DNA of 64,000 bases, taken from the NCBI GenBank assembly GCA_951406725.2, contig OX597823.1:34286001-34350000 (forward strand). Reading direction: 5' to 3'. Shown one piece after another: positions 37,301-52,000 of the stretch. Each line of letters begins with the position of its first letter. The stretch's first letter is position 1. Source of the DNA: Octopus vulgaris. Taxonomy: Eukaryota. The notes below the pieces were generated by a model. That model did no database searches and was not told the origin of the DNA. It saw only the letters and a program-made list of their open reading frames with translations. The position numbers and the translations under genes are program-made.

Positions 37301-39986
37301 GTTTAGAGACTAACCCTTTCATTACCAACCTAGCAGAAGCCGGCTCTGGCTCTGTAGTACAAATGTCTTTTTTGAATTAAAATCTCCCACCAAACCTTAG
37401 TCACAATTTATGTTCCTAACACTAGCTGAATGATAACTAAGTTATTTTAATAAATTATTTGTTCTTTCTAAAGTAATTGAAAGAAACACAGAGCATCTCA
37501 AAATAAATACAATAATGAAAGGCTTAAAGTGTCTCTCTAGGTCAAGCTGCTATAGGTCCCCTGCACTGAGAGGTCACAGCTCCAGTACTATGAACATGTG
37601 ATTAGAATGCTGCTGAATAGAAATGCAAAATGGATTCTTCAAGCCAAGTGATATTGGTAGAAGACGTAGGGGTACCAAGATGGTTGGATAATATCCAGTC
37701 TCAGTTGATCATGCTTAAGAATCCAGCCAGAAAGTCTAATGACAGTTGCTTGTGATAAGACCCTATGGAGGAGATACCTGAAGATGATACCCCCATGACC
37801 CAGGCAGTATTGGCTTCGGCCAGCCATGCTTGAATAGTGCTTTTTACATTCCACTGGCACAGGAGCCAGTCAGACGGCACTGGCAACGACCAGTGAATGG
37901 TGCTTTTTACATGCCACTGGCATGAGGGCCAGTCAGGCAGTATTGGCATCGGCCATGCTCGTATGGTGCATTTTACGTTCCACTGGCACAGGGCCAGTCA
38001 GCCGGCACTGGCATCAATGGAGTGAATAATTTCCAAACCAAGATATAAAGAATATGACCACACAAGCAACATAAATTCAACAAAATGAATTCTGTTGGTT
38101 ATACTCTGAAATGCCCAGATGATATCAAAGGGTTAAATGGGGAAATGTAAGCAGGTTGCTTGCTTGAATGCCAACTAAGCATTTCCCATAGAACTGTCAC
38201 AGAGCTTTACATATTCATGTCATCAGTGAGAATGATTTGTAAATTATATTCAGTTTCCAAGAGACATATTTACTATTCTCAAAATAAATAAATAATAAAA
38301 ATAAAACAGCATAAAAAAAATATAAAGAGGTATCTATCTAAATCAATAGTAATTTCCAAAGAAATATTTTTAGTGTTATAAATAAATACTAAAATGATTA
38401 TCTAAATGTTGATTCAAGCTGTCATTTTTGTACATTAATGCATAGAAAGTTGTACGTGAAGCCATATGCTACACAGCCTCTGCAAAAGGCTGTGCTTGCA
38501 TACATTCACACATTCTAGTCTGCAAATATGTTGGTGTATATATGTAGAGGTAAATGATTCTGTATCTATTGACAGGTAGGTGGCTGCTTGACTCTAAATG
38601 AGCAGGCAAGTGAATGTGTTGGTAGATAAGTGAATCTGTAGTTTAATGTTTCATTCAAATAACAGTCAGAAATATTTTAATAATGAGCACTAAGCTATTG
38701 AAAGAGGGCAGATTGAACTCCTATTGCAAAATAAATAACAAAAGACAATCCCTAAATCCCAACACCAAGTAGATGATATGTTGGCTTTGAACAGTTCTGA
38801 AGATTTTCAGTCCTGATATACATGATTATTAATGGAGAAGTTATTGATATAAACAAGACAGAAGTTTCATAAATGACATGCTGAAAAACATTTGTCTTGA
38901 AGATACATCAATAAAAGTGTCTTCTACTAGAGCTTCAGGTCAACCAAAGCCTTGTGAGTGGATTTGGTAGACAAAAACTGAAAGAACTCTGAATCTTGTC
39001 AGGTGTGTATGTGTGTGTGTGTATGAGGGTGAGTCAAAAAGTAGTGCTATTTTGTTTAGGACAGGTTACCAACACAGGAACATATATCATACATCAAAAT
39101 GAAGCTGGGCCTCTGTGGATCACATCCCTACTTCTCAATATAGTCACTGTTTTTCTCAATAGCAATGTTCCACCTTCCAATGAGAGCATGTATCCCTGCC
39201 CCGTAAAATTCTATTGACTGTTCTTTGAGCCACTTCTTCACTACAGTTTTCACTTCCTTGTCACTGGAACAATGTTTGCCTCTCAAACCCTCTTTCATGG
39301 GGCCAAAGAGATGATAGTCTGACGAGGAAGTGAAAACTGTAGTGAAGAAGTGGCTCAAAGAACAGTCAACAAAATTTTACGGGGCAGGAATACATGCTCT
39401 CATTCGAAAGTGGAACATTGCTATTGAGAAAAACGGTGACTATGTTGAGAAGTAGGGATGTGATCCACAGAGGACCAGCTTCATTTTGATGTATGATACA
39501 TGTCCTTGTGTTGGTAAATATACCTGTCCTAAACAAAATGGCATTACTTTTTGACTCACCCTCATATATATATATTTATATTTATATAAGAGAACAAAGT
39601 GTACGTACGTCGCTATATATATATATATAAAAATACAAAATGGGACAAGAACGCAAAACATCCAGATAGACGATACAAAAAACATGGACAGGTCATTCAA
39701 AGCCTTTAATCTTCAGTCAAGAACCGGATCATCCGCACAATTTCAGCTGATTATGCTTGATATTGCTCCAAACTGGCCAGCCCCAAGGAAAAACTAAGCT
39801 AAGAGCATTAGATTCCTTAGAAAAAGGATCAAATGTATATGAAACAAGGACGGTAAAACGGACGATGTTACACAAATATAAATACAAGGATGATCTGGTT
39901 CTTGACTGAAGATTAAAGGCTTCGAATGACCCGTCCGTGTTTTTTGTATTGTCTATCTGGATGTTTTGTGTTCTTGTCCCATTTTG

Positions 39987-40029
<43 letters not shown>

Positions 40030-43000
40030 TCTGCATGTATGAGTGTGCGTATGTTTGTGTCTCCTTGTCTTGACATTGTATGATTGTTGTAAATGAGTGT
40101 CACTGTCATACAAGCAGTGAAGAAATGGAGAAATATTTCCTTGCTTGGAAACAAGTCAGCCACAGAAGGGGCATCCAGCAGCAGGAAATCTGCCTCAATA
40201 AACTTTGTTTCACTCATCCATGCATGGAAACGTGGATGCTAAAATGATGATGATGGTGTTAAGTTTAATGAAATGAAATTCTCAATAAAATGGGATTAAA
40301 TGTTTTAAAATATAAGAAAATTGTTGAAGTAAATGTGATGTAAATGATCATCATTGTTTCAATGTCTACTTTTCTATGCTTGCATAAGTCAGACAAGTGT
40401 ATGCTTGGGGTCAGAGTTCCAATAGACAGATGCCCTTCATAGTAACCCCCCAACCACCTGTTCCCCAATCTATCAAGCAATAGACAGCTCACACACGATC
40501 ACATGGAGAACTGCAAACAAACGCCACCATCTATATAAACAGTAAGATTTTGGTTTACAGTCAGTGAACACATGTGATGAGGGGAAATATGAAATTACAC
40601 ACACACATGCATTGCATATGCTTCTTTCAGTTTCTGTCTATCAAATCTATTCACAAGTATATACCAGAAGGCACCCAAGGTGCCAAACAACGATGGGATT
40701 AAGTCTGAAAGTATAGTTGGGCAGCAAACTTCTTAAGCACATGGCTGAATTAACAAAAACACAGGCAGGTCTTGTTAGCTGACAGAAGCACTCATTCCCA
40801 CAATATAACACAATTTATTATTATGTGTGTCATTTCAGAGATATTTGATGTATTTTACTGTTATGTTTTTTTTTATGGCTGGGTAGTGCAAGAATAACTA
40901 CATTAATGTAATAAAATATGCCGATTTTGAATAAATCTTTGGCAAAATATATCTAAGTATGCTACAGTATAAATGTAAGTGATAATGGTTAGATTTTACT
41001 ATAGAACAACCAAAATGGTCATAATAGCATATAATTACAACATAATACCCTATAACTAGTCATTATGCCATAACTACATCTCCTATTCCACTAATGTGTG
41101 CAGTTTATATGCATCATATTGCTAAAAGTTGAATATCTGACAATACACTAATTCTGTTAACTGATATGAAATTAGTACACCCAAAATTAGGTGAAACACA
41201 TTTTTTAAAGAAAAGGCTGAAAATTCTTTTTCAAAATACAGTCCAATCTAATAAAAGGAACTAATAATTATGGTTTTTAAAGAGCATAATTAACATCCAC
41301 TTTTCCAAGCTTGTACAGGTCAGACAGAATTTGAGGCAGATTTTTCTATGGTTGGATGCCTTTCCTGTTGTCAACCCCCACCTGTTTCCAGGCAAGGTAA
41401 CATTTCCCCTTGGGCAGATATGATACTCAAGGAAAACTGGAAACAAACGATACAGCTAGTATGAAGGTGATGCTCATTTACAATTGTCACATGATGTCTT
41501 GACAAGGGTACACACAAACACACACATACATAAAGACTGGTTTCTTCCAGTATCCAACAATCGAATCCACCTGCAAAGCTTTGGTAGGCCTGGGGTTATA
41601 GAAGAAGACACTTGTCCAAGGTGTCACTTAGTGTGATTGAACCTGAGACTACATGGTTAAGAAGCAAGCTTCTTCACAATTCTTCATCACTGAACTTTAT
41701 ATATATATTCACTGATTTTAAGGAGAATTTTGTTGCAATAAAAAAAGAAAAACAAAACTGAAACAAAAAGTTTAAAGAGTAAAATAAAAGGAATGAAATA
41801 ATGTATGCAGGGAGAAATGACTATCTCTGGGATAGGCATGCTACATGAATGCTGGGCTGAAAAAGTGGTCCCACATATACATGACTATCTCTGGGATAGG
41901 CATGCTACATGAATGCTGGGCTGAAAAAGTGGTCCCACATATACATGACTATCTCTGGATAGGCATGCTACATGAATGCTGGGCTGAAAAAGTGGTCTCA
42001 CATATACATGACCATCTCTGGGATAGGCATGCTACATGAATGCTGGGTTGAAAAGTGGTCTCACATATACATGACTATCTCTGGGATAGTGATGCTACAG
42101 GAATGCTGGGTTGAAAAGGTGGTGCTTACTGCACCTAAGTTTCCCAAACAGTCATTCATCTAAGGACTTATTAGGCTTGAGGTTGGCCAGATGAGAACCT
42201 GTGCCATTGTTATCATTAATCGTAGGGTGACCTGCTGTGCTTGAGGAGACCTAGTGAGTCAAGTACATCAACATCAAAATAAAAATCAAATGGAAATTGT
42301 AGTTGTGATACCTGTGCTGGTGGCATGTAAAAAGCACCATCCAAACGTCGCCAATGCCAGCGCAGCCTTGACTGGCTTCTGTGCCAGTGGCACGTAAAAA
42401 GCAACAACTGATCGTGGCCGTTGCCAGCCTCCTCTGACCCCTGTGCCGGTGGCACGTAAAAAGCACCCACTAGTGGTTGGCGTTAGGAAAGGCATCCAGC
42501 TGTAGAAACACTGCCAGATCAGACTGGAGCTTGGTGCAGCCTCCTGGCTTCCTAGACTCTGATTGAACCGTCCAACCTATGCTAGCATGGAAAACGGATG
42601 TTAAACAATGATGATGATGTTCTTACCCTAATGAACCTATTTACTGAATTGCTAAGTTATGGGGACATAAACAAACCAATATCAGTTGTCAAGAAGTGGA
42701 CACACTGACTCACACACACACACACGTGATGGGCTTTCACAGTTTCCATTTACCAAATTTACTCATATGTCAGCCCAGGGCTATTATATAAGACACTTGC
42801 CCAAAGTAGTGCACAGTGGGACTGAACTTGAGACCACATCTCCATGTCTGCACCAGATTTGAAATGACGTCTTGAACAAGTACTTTTTTTTTTATTTATC
42901 ACACAGTATTACTCAGTCTTAATAGATAATAGCTTTTGTTTCTGTATTTTTTTTCTCTCTTATAAAGTAACTTAAATCTACGTAAAGACTTTTGGCATTG

Positions 43001-46000
43001 TATCAGTGAAAATACTGTGAGTAGTGAATCACTTAATGGAAGATATTCTCAAAAATGTCCAACATTTTCTCCAAGATGAAAGATGTGGTTAATATCAAAG
43101 AGACTGAGCCAAATGTTATATAAGTAGATACTAAGTCTAAGAGTAGACAGCATTTTGCCAACTACCACTTAGCCATTAGTACAATAGTTAATTTTCACAG
43201 CTGGTGTGGGAAGTAGAAAATATGGGCAGCAGTAGAAAAGTAAATAAAATGATAAAGAAAACACATGTGCGCACACATACACAAGAATTGCTAATGTACA
43301 GCAATATTTAGTGTGGTGTTAGACTTGTTAGACTTTAGTTGGCCGCAAGCCCTTCTGCAGAAATATGTCTCATTCGATTATTTAGATGAAGGAGAAAATG
43401 GTTTTAAGATAACCTAAAACATTGTTCTTTTTCTTTTGTTCATTCTGAAGACCATTAGAGAAGACTCTGGTTTCTATCTCTCCACATAAATCTTCCTTTG
43501 CCTTAACAAGCTTCATTACATGCATAAATTAAACAACTCTTATTTCATGTACTTATTTAGTTGTTTCGTTATAAATCAAAAATAAATACAAGCATAATTA
43601 CAACCCAACGTACTTAGAAATACAGAGGATTTAAGATAAAGATAGTATACAGGTGTATAGTTTGCTCCCTATCACATTGTTCCAGGTTCAGTCCCAATGC
43701 GTGGCACCTTTGGCAAGTGTCTCCCACTATAGCCCCAGGCCAACCAAAGCCATTTGAGTGAATTCTGTAGAGAGAAACTGAAAGAAGTCCATTGTATATA
43801 TGTGTGTATGTGTGCATGAGATGCACACATATATGTGCATGGGACAGTTGTAAACAAGTGTCAGCATCATAAGAGTGACACCTATTTTTAAAATAAGAGA
43901 CCTTATTTTATTCCACAAGTATCCAAAAGTGACTAGTCAACAAAGGATGTAAACATCACATCACCAATGGTGACAAACAAAGCTATAAGATGACAATATC
44001 TACACACACACATATACACTGGGTTTCCTATGGTTTCCCTCTATCAAATTCACTCACAAAACATTGGCTGCCAGGGGCTAATTGTAGAAGATACTGAGTG
44101 GCCCAAGGTGCTGTACAGTGCAACTGACCCAAAACTGAGTCTAGGACATTTACCCCGCTTGGTCAATAATCCCCCCACCAAGGACAATTACCCCTGAGGA
44201 CAACAAGATGATGATTTAAAACTTATATATTGGAGAGGGGGTAATTAACAAAGTGGGGTAATTATCCTAGGGGGGTAGTTGTTGTCGGGAGGGAATTGTC
44301 CTATGGAGGGTAATGTCCGGGGGGGGGGGGATTGTCCTTATACGCCCAAAACTATGTGGTTGCAAAACAAATTTCTAAACTCCACAATCCTGCCTGCATC
44401 TTTAATGATGTTAAACATTATAAAGAACTGTAGAGATCTGATTGAAGAGCCATCAGTTGACATGTGATTATCCAGTCTCAAGCTGAATTCAACCAGACAG
44501 AATCAAAATGTAACACACACACACAGATATACATTGCAACAGTTTCTTTCAGATATTGTTAGCTGTTGTAGTTAATAGAGAAAACCGGAGTAGTATTGGC
44601 TGCTATAGTAGTATTAGTAGCTACAGTAATACTAGTAGCTATCGTAGTACTTGCAGTTATAGCTCCATTGGTAGCTTCAATACTATTGGTAGATACAGGA
44701 GTATTGGAAGCTATAGTGTTATTGGGACCTATTGAAGTATAAGTAGCTATAATAGTATCGACAGCTCTAGTAGCATTGGTAAGTACAGTTGTATTGGTAG
44801 TTAAGCAGAAATGAGAGCTGTAACAGTTAACATTGGTAACTATGATAGTCAACAGTATAGGTGACTAAAATAGTAGCTTTAGTAGTTGGAATTGGTGGTC
44901 ATGGTAGTTAGTATTGGAGTTTACAGTAGTTTATAAATGGTGGCTATAGTAGTTACTATTAGTGATTATTATAGTTAGTATTGGTGGTCATGGTAGTTCA
45001 TATTGGTGACTGCAAGCATTGGTAGCTATGGTAGAAATGGTGGTTAAAGTAATTAGCATTGGTCTCTGCAATAGTGTCAGCCACTATACCGCCATAGTAG
45101 GGCTGCTGTCTATAATGGTTAGTGTTGATGGCCATAGAATAGAATGTAAAAAAAAAAAAACATATTTCTTTTTCTATCCATTTGTTAACTTTTCAGTTGA
45201 TAATGTATTGACTATTTTGTGTGATCATGGGAAAGTGGTGTTGGCAGACATCAAATTTAATCTGTGTTGTTTAGCATTGGTTAGATTTTTAGTGCTTTGA
45301 AATGAAGTTCTAACTGTAAAATGGTTATACAGGAACTAATAACTGTAATGTTAGCATTTACAAAGTTGTCTTAAGGAAAAAGACAAAATAACACACTGAA
45401 AATGTTGGAATGTTGTCAATTTATGAGCCAAATAATGTTAGTTATTTAGAAATTCAGTTTTATGTTTAGTCTAGAAGTCCAAGAAATGATTTGAAGCAAT
45501 TAAACAAAACAAGACTAATTAAATGGAACGAATCTTCTAAATAATGAATTCTGACTCAAAAACAGGAAAATATACTAAACCATTGTGAAACATGGAACTT
45601 TCACTTCAGTAAACCCCATGAAAGAATATGAATAAGAAATACAATGTGGCCACTTAATTCTATGATTTCAATGAGGTGTAGCTGTCCACAAACAAAATAT
45701 TTGTCACCATTACTTCTAGAATTAATGACAATCTTGTATCGACCCTTCTGGAACTGCCCCTCAACAAACTTCTTCTTTCAAAGTGATCTAAATTAAAACC
45801 TTCCATCAAAATTGCATGCTAGTTTTGACTCTAAATACTAGGATAATAATCATCATCATCATTTAACACCCACTTTTCCATGCCTGCATGGATCAGATGG
45901 AATTTATCAAGGCAGGTTTTCTACAGCTAGATGCTGCTTATGTTGCCAAACCTCACCTGTTTCCAAATGAGGTAATATTTCCCCTCCAGGGCCAGACTTG

Positions 46001-49000
46001 CTTCTGCAGAATATTGGAAATGAATGATAGCCTGTATGGCAGTACATGACAGGCTTCTTTCAGTTTCCATCTACCAAAACCACTCACAAAGCTCTGATAG
46101 GCTCAGGGCTATAGTAAAAGACTGAACCCAGGAATTTTAGAAGATTCTTCATTATTTTAGAAATTAATAGAAGCAAAGCTAGTAAACTTCAAATGAAATA
46201 TGTAAAAGGGTTAAGGAGAATGTTACAATGGGAGCGGGGGAGAAGACATCTACTTCTCATATATCTATTTATTTCTGGTGAGTAAATTCTTGTTGCGACA
46301 GTCAAGAGATCAAATTACAAGACTAAAGTTACTATTATTATTTATTTTACTAATCTCTCACCCCAAACTTTTGGAATTGGGCCTGTCTATGTTAGAGATT
46401 ATTTTTTAAAAATTTTATTTAATATTATATTTACTACTACTACTACTACTACTACTACAGCTGCTGCTGCTACTACTACTGCTACTACAACTACTGTTGC
46501 TGCTGCTGTCAACATTAGCTGGTTGTTTGCTCTGGTAATATTCCAGCAATTTTCGCACTTAACCGTCATAATAACGGCTTCAAATTTTCGTACAAGACTA
46601 GTGGTTTTAGGATGGGCTGGGGTGGATGTGTGGGGGTAGTTGATTACATCAACCCCAGTGTTCAGTTAGTACTTTGTTCAACCCTGAAAAGACGACAGGC
46701 AAAGATGACCTGAGCAGGATTTGAACTCAACACGTAAAGAATCAGAAGAAAGTATTTGGTCTGGCACACAAACATCTCTGCCAGTTTGCTGCCTCATGAC
46801 AATAACATCTCCAAGAACCTCATAAAGATTTATCGAACTATTACTCACGTCATTTACTTACAGTGATTCAATGTATGTGTTTGTATGAGAAAGTATAATA
46901 ATTGATTCATAAATAAGAAAAATATTTTTAGAAGTGAACAGGAATTTGTGATGTTCAAGCATTTAACATGTACCTTTAATAATGTAAATATGTGGCACAT
47001 AAAAAGCACCCACTACACTCTTGGAGTGGTTGGCGTTAGGAAGGACATCCAGCTGTAGAAACCTTGCCAGATCAGATTGGAGCCTTGTGCAGCCTTCTGG
47101 CTTGCCCGTCCTCAGTCAAACCATCCAACCCATGCCAGCATGGAAAGCGGATGTTAAACGATGATGATGATGATGACTCCAAACCAGAACTGAAACTGAG
47201 CAACTGGTGAGAGTGATCGGTTGGTTTAGAAGTTTATTTTTATTCTAGATGACCACAGGGTGTATCTGTTAGTATTAGACTTAATTCAAGTGAGAAGACA
47301 TTACCTTGGAGAGCTGACATAGAGCTAACCACTGGATTGTAATAGAGTCAAGACCACATGAAAAGATCACAACAAATAAAAACTCTAAAACTTGTAGGTG
47401 TACCTCTGAATAACTGAAATTATTCACTACACACAGTTAATGATATGTGATAATTAGAGGTTTTAATTAGTGTTGGGTGGAGGTGCTATAATAACAGAGT
47501 AGACTGCTGAGAAAGGATGGAAAATTTTTCAGAAAAATGATCACTCGGTTGGCAACAAAGGATTTCTTTCTTTCTCTCTCTCTCTGCTAAAGGTAGACAA
47601 CATGACACCTGCTGAAGAAATATGACGCTACAGAGTGATGGGACATTTACATGGAATGTGTAAGATCTGTGGAGGATGGGAGAGAAATGAGAAGAATATA
47701 ATCCATTGGATATATAATGAGATCCTGCATGAAACATGGGGATCAAATGAAATGAAAGAACAGATAGGTATGATAGACATCAAGTAGAAGTAATATAGGT
47801 GTGTGATATGAATGGATGGTGAGTGCTGTGTGAAAATGTGAGTTACCAATGGAGGATTTTTGTAGAAGAAATGGTAAAGTTTATTCATCATCATCAAATA
47901 TTTGTAAGATCATTTCACTTACTCTAACATTAAAATAGTTAATAAAACACAACTAAAGACTACAGTCTATTAAGTCTGGGAATAAAGAACACGTTTTCTC
48001 CCAGCAATTCCTTTCAAAGTCTCTGCAGACTGTGTGAACACTTTTGAATCTGTCTGAATTATTTTCAATCACAAAAAACAACAATCTCAGAATCTCAAAC
48101 TTGCCCATTGCTATTTAGATGATTTAAGAAATAATGAAAAAAACTAAGAACCACGATGAAGTTAATAGATAGAGAGGATTAGTGTATTTGATAGCATAAA
48201 AGACACACAAGTATGTCATATAAACACTCATTTCAGCAGTGAATAGTCAAGAAAAAAGTTTTTAGTGTATTAAAGCTTGTGGGAGACACAACTTTGCATA
48301 TAGGACCTGAGCAGAATTTTGAAAATAATATTCTGATTTTAAAAGTGCATCTTATATGTTGTCAAATACAGTATATAGAACAGAGATTGTAGCTATTAAT
48401 GGCTGGAGGAAGTAAATTTCAAATAGTGTGATTGTTAGCAATAAAAACGTCCATTATTTATCAGAAAATTAAAAAAATATTTGTAGTTGTTACCTAACCC
48501 CAGGGCCATAAACATAAATTGACAATAAACCAAGATCTAACAGAGGATTGACAAAAATAGATTTCAGTCATTTGTATTCACCTGAAATTCACACATTCAC
48601 ACAGGCCAACACTTGTGTGTGCATATGGGAATTTTAGATGAATACAAACACACACACCTGTGTCTGTGTGATTTCCTTTATTTCACAAATAGAAAAAAAT
48701 TAAATGAATAAATAGAATAAAACTCTAAACAAGATATTTCTCTCCCTCTCATAGAAACAACCAATGAAAAACCAATTTACATTTCTACTCAAAATACTAA
48801 CCAAAAAAAAAAGACTGTGACCTTTTCGCAGATAAATGCACAATGATAGTTGTGAATGGATGCAAGTTGGGCAATTTGCTGCATAGTTGTATATAGAGAA
48901 GGAACACATGGAAGAACAAATGCCTCACTGAAAATGGCTCTTCTCCTGAAAGCAACAGAACTGAAAAGTGGCCTGCTAAATAACTATGGCTACTCCATCA

Positions 49001-52000
49001 AGGTACTCAAAATATAGCTGTTACAGCCATCTGCTACAGATGTATGTTAATTGACATTAAATTTACTTCTAATTTACAAATGAACTACAAACTGAACTTC
49101 CTCTAGGTCAAATATTTCCAACCTGGTTATGCGGTTAAAGAGCTTGCTTTGAAGCCAAGTGGTTTTAAGTTCAATCCCATTGTGCAGCAGGAGGTGTCTC
49201 CCACTATAGTCCAAGGCTGGCCACCACTTGTGAGCAATTTGATAGACAGAAACTGTGTGGAAGGCCATCAAATATATATGTGCATGTGTGTGTTTGTACC
49301 TCATGACCACTTGACAACTGATGTCTGTTTGTTTATGTCCCTCTAACTTAGCAGTTCAGTAAAAGTGAACGATAGAATAACTTCCAGGCTTAAAATAAGT
49401 ACTGGGGTCAACTGATTTAATAAAAACCCTTTAAAGTAGTGCTCCAGCATGGCTACAGTCCAATAACTCAAACAAGTAACGATGAACACAGAAAACATTC
49501 TCTATAGACACACATCAATTTCTGCCACTTTCTTTTCAAACATGTTTGCCTTTTATAACGAACATAATCACTTAATGTCCACCTTCTATGCTAGTATGGG
49601 TCAGACAGTTTGACAGGACCTGACAAGTTGAAGGACTGAGCTATGAGCCAATATATACTTTGGCAGCGTTTCTACAGCTGGATGCCCTTCCTAATGTGAA
49701 CCACTTAACAGTATGTGGTGGGTGCTTATTACAAGGCACTAGCACTAATGATGACTACCTCATAACTTGTGATGATGAGGGCCTAAAGTGGACCCTATAA
49801 CTGAAGGAGAATAGAAGAGAGAGTGGATGATGGTTCTAGGCAGACAAATGGGGAATAGTAAGAGGAGAGAATGGGGAAGTATGGCAGAAAATGTGGGAGA
49901 GAGAAGTGGTAGCAAGAGGGGTTATAGTAAGAAGGGTGGGAGGGATAGATTTGAAAGGTGTCTGGAAGTGGTGGGTGGTAGACCGTTAATTACTCTGTAC
50001 CTAAGAGATGCAACCAAAAATTAAAATAACAACTTCAATCTATGAATATTAAAGATTTTATGGCCGAATTGAGGAAAATAAATAAATAAAAAATATATAA
50101 AGATTCTATGACGAACTTCACTTATTTCAGAAATGAAAAATAAGGAGAATAGAATAGACACCTAACGAGATATTTATCTCGTTTGAGGAAAGTATCAATA
50201 AAAGACCAACCTAAACGTGCAGATGTGAGTGTGTATATACTCCCTCTCACACAGATCAACATCATCTTCCTTAATGGGTTTCACACAGGAACAGATTGAA
50301 CAGTTCTTCAGAATGAGCCAGAGAACTGTGCCAAGCTCCAGTGTCTGCTTTGGCAAAATTTCGATGACTGGGTGCCTTTACAGACTGTACTAAGTACTTT
50401 TCTCAGGGCAATGGCACCAGTGAGGTTGCCAAACAAACATCATCAGTATGTATACAATACATATATCATCATCATCATCATCATCATTTAACGTCCACTT
50501 TCCATGCTGGGATAGACGATTTGACAGGGGCTGGCTAGGCAGAAGACTGCACTAGGCTTCACTGTCTGTTTTGGCAGGGTTTTTATAGCTGGATGCCCTT
50601 CCTAACACCATCCACCTTATACACACACACGTGTATGTGTGATGAACTGGCATAATCATTAGAGAGATAGGGTAAATTGTCTTGCAGTGGTTCATCTGAC
50701 TCTCTGCAGACCAAGTTCAAATTCTGCCAAGGTTTACTTTACCTTTCATGATGTATAATAATACAAGCCCAGGGATGTGGAATGGCAGAACTGTTAGTGT
50801 ATTAGAAAGGATGTCTAAATTTATCTGTACATTCTGAGATCAAATCCAGCCAAGCCAGTGAAAAGCAGTGTAGTTATGATAAAGCAGTGTAGTTGTGAAA
50901 AAGCAGTGTAGTGGCAGATAAAGTCAGCAACTGAAACACCAATGGAAACAAATTCTCTTGGTTCAGCCTGAAGAGTGACTGTGACCACAACCACCATCAC
51001 ATGTATGTGTGTGTGTCATCATCATCAATTAATGTCCATTGTCAATGCTGACATGGGTTAGACGGTTTGACCAGGCTGACACACTGAAGGCTGCACCAGG
51101 CTCCAGTCTGATTTGGCATGGTTTCTATGGTTGGATGCCCTTCCTAATGCCAACCACTCCGAAACTGTAATGGGTGCTTTTATGTTCCACCAGCACAGGT
51201 GTGTGTGTGTATAAATGATTTAACCCGTAATCATAATTCTGACAAAATATTGTTTTATCTATGAGACACTATGAAACAGAATATACTTTGTCAGACTAAC
51301 TATTATGGATTAAATAATTTCTATTCATTCTCAGACTTATCTTTGAGTATTCTAAGTGGCTGGGTATAGCTTCTTCTTCAGCTTGTCACCCTCTAGAATC
51401 ATGATGATGGTGAGGATTTCAGAGGGTGACAAGCTAAAAAAGAAACTGTGCCCAGCCACTTAGAATAGAATACTGAAAGATAAGTCTGAGAGTGAACAGA
51501 AATTATTTAATCCATCATCATCATCGTTTAATGTCTGCTTTCCATGCTGGCATGGGTTGGACGATTTGACTGAGGACTGGAAAGCCAGATGGCTGCACCA
51601 GGCTCCAATCTGATCAGACAGAGTTTCTACAGCTTGATGCTCTTCCAAATGCCAACCACTCTGAGTGTAGTGGTAGCTTTTACGTGCCACCGGCACAAAG
51701 GCCAGTCAGGTGGTACTGGCAACAGCCATGCTCAAATGGTGTTTTTTACATGCCGCCTGCACAGGAGCCAGTCCAACGACACTGGCAACGACTTCGCTCG
51801 AATACTGTTTTTCACATGCCACTGGCACAAGTGCCAGTAAGGCGATGCTGGTAATGATCATGCTCGAATGGTGCTTTTTACATGCCACCAGCACGGGAGT
51901 CAGTCAGCCGCCCTGGCAACAATCCCACTTGGATGGTACTCTTAGCGCTCCACTAGCATGGATGTCAGACATGCAGTGCTGTCATTGAATTTGATTTCGA

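Noticed and set aside
41817-42122. CRISPR-like repeat-spacer periodicity (64 bp)
   Set aside because: The whole unit is repeated; there are no variable spacers.
44559-44852. Thr/Ala/Asn-rich mucin-like ORF
   Set aside because: Derived from a degenerate simple repeat, with no convincing splice context.
50858-50912. Three copies of AAAAGCAGTGTAGT
   Set aside because: A short slippage duplication in a degraded SINE; no evidence of function.
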